NCBI RefSeq assembly: GCF_000406145.1
Contig: NZ_CM001976.1
Location: 1,555,315 to 1,587,314, forward strand
DNA from: Dickeya dadantii NCPPB 898
GTDB taxonomy: Bacteria > Pseudomonadota > Gammaproteobacteria > Enterobacterales > Enterobacteriaceae
Direction: 5' to 3'
DNA: 32,000 nt
The position numbers and the translations under genes were made by a program. Under the pieces are notes generated by a model. The model searched no databases. It had not been told where the DNA came from and saw only the letters and a list, made by a program, of their open reading frames with translations. Shown in pieces: positions 25,988-32,000 of the stretch; positions within the stretch are counted from its first letter, which is position 1, and every line of letters begins with the position of its first letter.

Positions 25988-27328
25988 TCAGTAATACCCG
26001 TACATGGCGGCGAACACCCAGCCGAATACGCAGGAGGTGCTGACGCCAATCAGGCCCGGCAGGATGAAGCTGTGGTTAATCACAAACCGGCCGATGTGGG
26101 TGGTACCGGAGCGGTCGAACTGGATAGCGGCCAGATCGCTCGGGTAGGTCGGCAGAATGTAGTAACCATAACAGGCCGGTGCCGACGCCACGATGTACGC
26201 CGGGTCAACGCCGATCGCCAGCGCGACCGGCACAATGGCGGCCAGCGCGGCGGCCTGCGAGTTCACGAACTTGGACACCAGCAGCAGGATCAGCGCATAC
26301 GCCCACGGGTACTCTTTCACCAGCGTGCCCAGCGTTTCCTTAATTTCCGTCAGGTGCGCGCCGAACATGGTTTCCGCCATCCAGGCGATGCCGTACACCG
26401 CAACAATCGCGATCATCCCGGAACGGAATACCTCGTTTTTCGAAATCGACCCCGGATTGGTTTTGGTGGCGATGATGATGATAGCGCCGGACAGCAGCAT
26501 GAACATCTGAATCACCAGCACCATCGACAGCGGTTTGCCGCCGAAGGACGGACGCAGGCTTTCCACCGCGCCCAGCAACGCTACCGCGGCGATGGTGGCG
26601 AGGAAGATCCACATGGCGACCCAGTTGCTGCGCGGCAGTTTGCGGTCCAGCAGGGTGGCGGTGTCGCCGTAGACGTACTCGCGGTTTTCCGGCACGGAAA
26701 TGAATTTCTGGAATTCCGGATCCTTGTCCAGATCTTTACCCCTGAACCAACTGAAAATCCCGATGGCCAGAATACCCAACAGGGTAGAGGGAATCGTGAT
26801 TGCAAGTAAGTCCAGGAATTCAAGATGTTTGCCGTGGAAGGTGAATTTGCCGAGCATGGCGACCAGCGACACCACCGCCACCGAAACCGGGCTGGCGATA
26901 ATCCCCATCTGCGCGCCGATCGAACTGGCGGCCATCGGCCGTTCCGGGCGAATGTTATTCTTGATGGCGACGTCGTAAATAATCGGCAGGATGGTGTACA
27001 CCACGTGGCCGGTGCCACACAGAATGGTCAGTATACAGGTCACGAACGGCGCAATGATCGACACATATTTCGGGTTGCGTCGCAGCATTTTTTCCGCCAC
27101 CTGCAGCATCACATCCAGCCCGCCGGAGGCTTGCAGCGTGGCGGAGGCGGCCACCACGGAGATGATGACCAGCATCACGTCCACCGGCGGTTTCCCAGGC
27201 TCTAGTTTAAAAATGAAAACCAGAATGACGAGTCCGATACCCCCTAATAATCCGAGCGCGATACCACCTTTTCGCGCACCGTAAAACAGGCAGATCAGGA
27301 CTATGATAAGTTGAATGATAAAGTCCAT
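25988..27328 (-). CDS. dcuB: Anaerobic C4-dicarboxylate transporter (Dcu family)
   Basis: 446 aa. [40 protein letters not shown]...[30 protein letters not shown]...[68 protein letters not shown] is nearly colinear with recalled E. coli DcuB. Confidence 0.92.
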   Translation of the reverse strand: MDFIIQLIIVLICLFYGARKGGIALGLLGGIGLVILVFIFKLEPGKPPVDVMLVIISVVAASATLQASGGLDVMLQVAEKMLRRNPKYVSIIAPFVTCILTILCGTGHVVYTILPIIYDVAIKNNIRPERPMAASSIGAQMGIIASPVSVAVVSLVAMLGKFTFHGKHLEFLDLLAITIPSTLLGILAIGIFSWFRGKDLDKDPEFQKFISVPENREYVYGDTATLLDRKLPRSNWVAMWIFLATIAAVALLGAVESLRPSFGGKPLSMVLVIQMFMLLSGAIIIIATKTNPGSISKNEVFRSGMIAIVAVYGIAWMAETMFGAHLTEIKETLGTLVKEYPWAYALILLLVSKFVNSQAAALAAIVPVALAIGVDPAYIVASAPACYGYYILPTYPSDLAAIQFDRSGTTHIGRFVINHSFILPGLIGVSTSCVFGWVFAAMYGYY

Positions 27329-28042
27329 AGATTCCCCATTGCTCAGAATGACGAGTTAATTAATTGAGATTGGATTACTGTCGTCACAGGTACTATAGAG
27401 ATTATTCCGTCTGTTTTTTCTTGATCTAAATCTACTATTCTCTCTGTTTCTTTCCTGGATGGTGAATTAATGGGGCGTGTTGCAGGAATAAAAATCTCCT
27501 GATTTTTTTTAGTTTATTAATTATAAGATTAATTTTATAATTCTTAATAAAGATGAATTGTCGTCAATTTGTTTCATAGGTTTTATTGCTTCAACGTTTT
27601 GTTTTGATGAGTGTTTTGTTTTTGTTGTGATGGTGTTTTTTTATAGTTGCGTTTTTGCCCCAATAGGGTGAGCGGCGCGAAAGTTAACGCTGTTTTAAAA
27701 ATAAATCAATAATATAACTTTAAAGTAAGTCATTGATTATAATCATCTTATATAAATTTAATTCTATCTTTCTGCGCTGTTTTTTTAATGTCAATCGCGT
27801 GTATCGATGGCCGGGAATAAATGATAATAATTCCCGGTCGTTCTGACTGCGTTATTTTATAAATCTACCGGCGACATCACATTATTTCATTCATGGGTAA
27901 AATGAATATGATGGGGAACGGTTAATAGTTTGTCTGGTTATTAAAATAAAACCGTCATGGTGTATTTTTGTCTATTAGACCTCGCTGCGCATCATTACAG
28001 GTTTAACCTAAAGCCAGGTGAAACGGCATTGCCGACGAACAC

Positions 28043-28672
28043 TCATTCTGCACGTCGGGCGCCAACCCATTCCGCCATTGCCGGGCAGCCGTTTTCACGT
28101 TGTAACCCATCAATCACCCCCTGACGATCTTCCGGCGTTCTGTTCTGGCTGACTTTCCATTTACCGTCGAGTGCCGCGATCGGGATTTCCAACCCGACGA
28201 TACCGTTAAGCTGGGCGGCGATAAACGCGGCGGGCGCATCGTCCACCTGCCACGGCCGGGGGCGCTCGTGCTCATGGGCGTGGGTCAAGGCGTCGATCTG
28301 CCGGCGCAGCCAGTCTGCGTCGTCAGTCACCATTGGCGCGCCGCGCGCCTGCACCATCACATAGTTCCAGGTCGGCACCGCTTTGCCGTGTGCCTGTTTC
28401 GATGGATACCAGTCTGGCGAGATGTAGCTGTCCGGCCCCTGAAACACCACCAGCGCCTCGCCGACGGTCCTTAATTCAGCCACCTGCGGATTATTACGGG
28501 CCAGATGAGCGCGTAACGTACCGAATGCGCCGTCATCGGTTAACAGAAAAGGGACGAGGTTGGCGGACAGACCGCCGGGGCCGGCGGTAATCAGCATGGC
28601 GAGCGGATGGGCACGCATCAACGCGTGCAGAATCGGCTGGCGTTCTTCCCGAAATACGTGCGGACAATGCAT
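28043..28672 (-). CDS. paiB: FMN-binding split-barrel protein, PaiB family (putative negative transcriptional regulator)
   Basis: I place the start at the ATG at 28672 (AAGGA 9 nt upstream). MHCPHVFREERQPILHALMRAHPLAMLIT...VPTWNY..V...G...KVSQNR follows the PaiB-family pattern. Confidence 0.75.
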   Translation of the reverse strand: MHCPHVFREERQPILHALMRAHPLAMLITAGPGGLSANLVPFLLTDDGAFGTLRAHLARNNPQVAELRTVGEALVVFQGPDSYISPDWYPSKQAHGKAVPTWNYVMVQARGAPMVTDDADWLRRQIDALTHAHEHERPRPWQVDDAPAAFIAAQLNGIVGLEIPIAALDGKWKVSQNRTPEDRQGVIDGLQRENGCPAMAEWVGARRAE

Positions 28673-28766
28673 AGCGATCATTCCTTCTGTGGCTGGATAA
28701 CATCATTCATCCCGACCATTGTGCGGTAAAGCGGTCTGCAATTAAGAGCCGCTTTGGCGTAATATC

Positions 28767-28820
28767 GACAGGCCACTATTAATTGATAGGCCACTATTAA
28801 TTGACAGGCCGCTATTCGGT
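28767..28820. repeat. Tandem direct repeat, 18-bp unit x3, in the paiB / MocR divergent intergenic region (candidate MocR operator)
   Basis: The units are GACAGGCCACTATTAATT / GATAGGCCACTATTAATT / GACAGGCCGCTATTCGGT. The array ends 11 bp before ATG 28832 and 41 bp before ATG 28862. Confidence 0.85.
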
Positions 28821-28861
28821 GGCGATATCCCATGCGATCACAGATAAAAAGGAATGCGCTG

Positions 28862-30343
28862 ATGCCACGATCACGTTGCCTGACCGAATTGCCTGCGCTC
28901 GGCGCGCTGGACCGGGCCGCCGGCTCGGTGGGGCGCCAGCTGGCTCTGGCGCTGCGGCAAGCCATTCAGCGCGGAGAATTAAAAGCGGGCGAACGTATTC
29001 CTTCAACCCGAACGCTGGCGCGATCGCTGGGGCTGGCGCGCTCGACGGTGGCGGATGTGTTCGACCAACTGGCGGCGGAGGGGTATCTGGACGCGCGCAG
29101 CGGCTCCGGCACCTGGGTCTCTTCCGCGTTTGGCCTCATGGCGCCGGTCAGCATGACGGCATCGTCGGCAGCGCCTCCGGCTCCGGTGTCGTTGCCGTCC
29201 TCGGCGCAGCGTTATGCCGCCATCGCCCGCGCGTTGTCGCCGTTACCGGCAGTACCGTTTTCAGTGGCAGTGCCGGAAGGGGAGGCGGCGCCGGACGATC
29301 GCTGGCGATGCCTCGGCAACCGGGTACGCGCCGGTCAGGCGGCGGCGCTGGCCGGATACAGCGACCCCCGAGGGCTGTTTTCGCTGCGTGCGGCGATTGC
29401 CACGTATCTGCGCCAGTCGCGGGCGGCGATCGCCGAGCCGGACAACATTATCCTGACCGAAGGCACCCAGCAGGGGCTGTATCTGGCGGCGCGGGTACTG
29501 CTGTCGCCCGGCGACGGCGCCTGGGCGGAAGATCCGGCTTATGCCGGGTTGATCGCGGTGCTGACCGAATGCGGCGTGCAGACGCGGCGCATACCGGTGG
29601 ATACGCAGGGCATGGACGTGGAACTGGCGACACGCCGCTATGCCGATGCCCGGGCGGCGTTTGTTACGCCGTCTCATCAGTATCCGCTCGGAATGCCGCT
29701 CAGCATGGGGCGCCGCCTGGCGCTGCTGGAGTGGGCGAGGCAGCACGATAGCTGGATTGTGGAAGATGATTACGACAGCGAGCTGCGGTACGTCGGGCAT
29801 CCGTTTCCCGCCATGCAAGGGCTGGACCCCGGGCGGGTGGTGTATCTGGGCACGTTCAGCAAGGTGATGGCGCCGTCGTTGCGGCTCGGTTATATGGTGG
29901 TGCCCGCGGCGCTGACGGAGGCGTTCGCCGGCGCCCGCGCACTGATGGGGCGCGCTTCGCCGCTGGCTGACCAGCACGTGCTGACGGCGTATATGCAAGA
30001 GGGGTATTTCGAGGCGCATATTCGTCGCATTCGCACCGTTTATGCCGAACGGCGTCACGTGTTGATTGAGGCATTGCAGCACGAAACGCCCTGGTTGCAG
30101 CTTGAACCCGGCGATCAAGGCATGCATCTGGTGGCGTGGCTGCCCGATGGCGTAGAGGATGTGGCGGTCGAGCGTGCGGCCCACGCCGCCGGGCTGGCGT
30201 TGCGCGCGCTCTCGCCGATGTATGCCGGCCCGACGCGTCGCTCGGGCCTGATGCTGGGGTTCGGCGGGTTTCCGCCCGAGGCGCTGCGACAGGCTGTTCG
30301 ACAGTTGCGCACGGTACTGACGCCGTTTATGACATTGTTGTGA
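28862..30343 (+). CDS. MocR/GabR/PdxR-type regulator (GntR wHTH fused to a fold-type I aminotransferase-like domain)
   Basis: The wHTH is GERIPSTRTLARSLGLARSTVADVFDQLAAEGYL. The aminotransferase-like domain has the PLP-lysine context YLGTFSKVMAPSLRLGY. The track start is 28832, but I prefer ATG 28862 because AGGA lies 8 nt upstream. Confidence 0.85.
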   Translation: MPRSRCLTELPALGALDRAAGSVGRQLALALRQAIQRGELKAGERIPSTRTLARSLGLARSTVADVFDQLAAEGYLDARSGSGTWVSSAFGLMAPVSMTASSAAPPAPVSLPSSAQRYAAIARALSPLPAVPFSVAVPEGEAAPDDRWRCLGNRVRAGQAAALAGYSDPRGLFSLRAAIATYLRQSRAAIAEPDNIILTEGTQQGLYLAARVLLSPGDGAWAEDPAYAGLIAVLTECGVQTRRIPVDTQGMDVELATRRYADARAAFVTPSHQYPLGMPLSMGRRLALLEWARQHDSWIVEDDYDSELRYVGHPFPAMQGLDPGRVVYLGTFSKVMAPSLRLGYMVVPAALTEAFAGARALMGRASPLADQHVLTAYMQEGYFEAHIRRIRTVYAERRHVLIEALQHETPWLQLEPGDQGMHLVAWLPDGVEDVAVERAAHAAGLALRALSPMYAGPTRRSGLMLGFGGFPPEALRQAVRQLRTVLTPFMTLL

Positions 30344-30402
30344 TTGGAGACATTGTTGTGACCTGAGACATCGTTGTGAACTGAGGCATCGCTGTGAACG
30401 GA
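30331..30402. repeat. Tandem repeat, 18-bp unit x4, beginning in the last codons of the MocR gene
   Basis: The units are GACATTGTTGTGATTGGA / GACATTGTTGTGACCTGA / GACATCGTTGTGAACTGA / GGCATCGCTGTGAACGGA. In the MocR reading frame every unit carries an in-frame TGA (..TLL* LETLL* PETSL* TEASL*). Confidence 0.9.
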
Positions 30403-30526
30403 ATAGTATAGATGTGCTTTCCCTCACAAGGGCCGTCCGCTCATTTGCTAACGGCTCGGCTACGCTTGATAAGGAACGCCTGCGGTTTTCACTCGCGAAT
30501 CCGAATGCGGTTCAACACCGTGAAAA

Positions 30527-30542
30527 TGGCAGATATTTTGCA
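30527..30542 (+). promoter_or_regulatory. Sigma-54 (-24/-12) promoter candidate for patD
   Basis: TGGCAG-ATATT-TTGCA matches 10 of 11 consensus positions of TGGCAC-N5-TTGCA with exact spacing. It lies 51 nt upstream of the patD ATG. Confidence 0.7.
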
Positions 30543-30592
30543 AATAAGTCTCTACAGGTATGCCTATAGCTATCGCTTCGAGGGATCAGGTT

Positions 30593-32000
30593 ATGCACGA
30601 CAAGATATTGACTGACATGTTGATTGACGGAAAACGGGTGTCGGGCAACGGGGCGCCTTACACGGTATACAACCCGGCGACCGGCGAAGCCATCATTGAG
30701 ATTGCGCAGGCGGACCTGGCGCAGGTCGATGACGCGGTGATGGCGGCGGATGCCGCGTTTGCCCACTGGGGGCAGACCACGCCGAAAACGCGCGCCACGC
30801 TACTGCTGAAACTGGCGGACGCTATCGAGGCGCACGGCGAGACGCTGGCCCGGCTGGAGTCGCTGAACTGCGGCAAGCCCTATCACGCGGCGCTGAATGA
30901 CGAGATCCCGGCGGTGGCGGACGTGTTCCGCTTCTTCGCGGGGGCGGCGCGCTGCCTGAACGGTTCGGCGGCGGGCGAGTATCTGGAAGGGCATACCTCA
31001 ATGATTCGCCGCGATCCGGTCGGCGTCGTCGCCTCTATCGCTCCCTGGAATTACCCGCTGATGATGGCAGCGTGGAAGCTGGCCCCGGCGCTGGCGGCGG
31101 GGAACTGCGCGGTGCTGAAGCCGGCGGAGCAGACGCCGCTGACGACGCTGTATCTGGCCAGCCTGCTGGCCGACCTGTTCCCGCCGGGCGTGGTCAATAT
31201 TCTGTTCGGGCAGGGACGAGAAATCGGCGATGCGCTGACCGGCCACGAGCGGGTGCGCATGGTATCGCTGACCGGGTCGATCGCCACCGGTTCGCATATC
31301 ATCGGCAATGCGGCGGCCAGCGTGAAACGCACCCACATGGAGTTGGGCGGCAAAGCTCCGGTGATTGTGTTTGACGACGCCGACCTGGATCAGGTGGTGG
31401 ACGGTATTCGCAGTTTCGGCTTCTACAACGCCGGGCAGGATTGCACCGCCGCCTGCCGCCTGTATGTGCAGCGCCCGGTGTATGAACAACTGGTGGAGGC
31501 GCTGGGCAAGGCGGTCGCCACCCTGAAGATCGGCGCGCCCGACGACCCCACTACCGAACTGGGGCCGCTGATTACCGCTGAGCAACTGGAGCGGGTCGCC
31601 GGTTTTGTCGATCGCGCCCGCGCGCAATCGCATATCCGGCTGATCACCGGCGGGGAGCGGGTGCCCGGCGGCGGTTACTATTTTCAGCCCACGGTGCTGG
31701 CGGATGCGCGGCAGGAGGATGAAATCGTCCAGCGGGAAGTGTTTGGCCCGGTTATCTCCATCACGCCGTTTGACGATGAAGCGCAGGTGGTGGCGTGGGC
31801 TAACGACTCACATTATGGGCTGGCGTCCTCGGTGTGGACCCGCGACATCGGCCGCGCGCACCGCGTCGCCGCCTGTCTGGAATACGGCTGCACCTGGGTC
31901 AATACCCACTTTATGCTGGTGAGCGAGATGCCGCACGGCGGCCAGAAGCTGTCCGGCTACGGCAAGGACATGTCTGTCTACGGTCTGGAAGATTACACCG
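30593..32000 (+). CDS. patD: Gamma-aminobutyraldehyde dehydrogenase (NAD-dependent aldehyde dehydrogenase; YdcW/Prr); 3' end truncated by a few codons at the window edge
   Basis: Not in the ORF track because there is no stop in the window. My manual translation from ATG 30593 gives [31 protein letters not shown]...[63 protein letters not shown]...[18 protein letters not shown]...[12 protein letters not shown]...[36 protein letters not shown]. This closely tracks recalled E. coli PatD. Confidence 0.9.
   Translation, partial: MHDKILTDMLIDGKRVSGNGAPYTVYNPATGEAIIEIAQADLAQVDDAVMAADAAFAHWGQTTPKTRATLLLKLADAIEAHGETLARLESLNCGKPYHAALNDEIPAVADVFRFFAGAARCLNGSAAGEYLEGHTSMIRRDPVGVVASIAPWNYPLMMAAWKLAPALAAGNCAVLKPAEQTPLTTLYLASLLADLFPPGVVNILFGQGREIGDALTGHERVRMVSLTGSIATGSHIIGNAAASVKRTHMELGGKAPVIVFDDADLDQVVDGIRSFGFYNAGQDCTAACRLYVQRPVYEQLVEALGKAVATLKIGAPDDPTTELGPLITAEQLERVAGFVDRARAQSHIRLITGGERVPGGGYYFQPTVLADARQEDEIVQREVFGPVISITPFDDEAQVVAWANDSHYGLASSVWTRDIGRAHRVAACLEYGCTWVNTHFMLVSEMPHGGQKLSGYGKDMSVYGLEDYT

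Noticed and set aside
25937-26809. A 290-aa plus-strand ORF and other plus-strand ORFs up to 27284.
   Set aside because: They lie antisense to dcuB, whose product matches E. coli DcuB nearly end to end.
28801-30427. A 316-aa plus-strand ORF (28801..29751) and a 388-aa minus-strand ORF (29261..30427).
   Set aside because: They are an alternative frame and an antisense frame of the MocR-type regulator gene. They are Ala/Arg/Gly-rich with no motifs.
30998-31633. A 211-aa minus-strand ORF and neighbouring short ORFs.
   Set aside because: They lie antisense to patD, which is not in the track only because it lacks a stop codon in the window.

Overview
This is a chromosomal window from an Enterobacterales genome. 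Gene content (hyf hydrogenase-4, cbl, gltP, dcuB, patD) and roughly 55-62% GC in core genes resemble Pectobacteriaceae such as Dickeya or Brenneria, but that taxon guess is inference only. I support about 27 protein-coding genes. I see no rRNA, tRNA, CRISPR array, transposase or integrase.

Gene order, left to right:
- hyfB (partial) and hyfA on the minus strand, divergent from a solo hypC. The intergenic region carries two sigma-54 promoters and repeated activator-type sites.
- cbl, gltP, a ydcF-like DUF218 gene and a Gfo/Idh/MocA oxidoreductase.
- yghU (minus) and a low-GC GDSL-lipase autotransporter (minus).
- A LysR regulator divergent from a high-GC seven-gene cluster: WrbA-like flavodoxin, muconolactone-isomerase-like protein, frameshifted Zn-ADH, DJ-1/PfpI, aldo-keto reductase, secreted double-CMD protein and amidohydrolase-2.
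- A minus-strand operon of a NitT/TauT-type ABC importer plus a YbdH/HcxA-like Fe-ADH. It is divergent from a YbiC/HcxB-like Ldh_2 dehydrogenase, a DcyD/CuyA-family PLP lyase and a translationally coupled Asp/Glu-type racemase.
- dcuB with a 700-bp AT-rich control region.
- paiB divergent from a MocR-type regulator, then patD (partial) behind a strong sigma-54 promoter.

The most unusual sequence-level signal is a set of four or five short tandem-repeat arrays with 13- or 18-bp units and 2-5 copies. They sit exactly on gene boundaries: two, possibly three, contain the stop codon of the upstream gene and one encodes hexapeptide repeats at an N-terminus. The best candidate for an undescribed system is the transporter/dehydrogenase/lyase/racemase locus at 18.7-25.9 kb. 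I cannot verify any homology computationally. Family calls rest on motifs and on recalled E. coli sequences.
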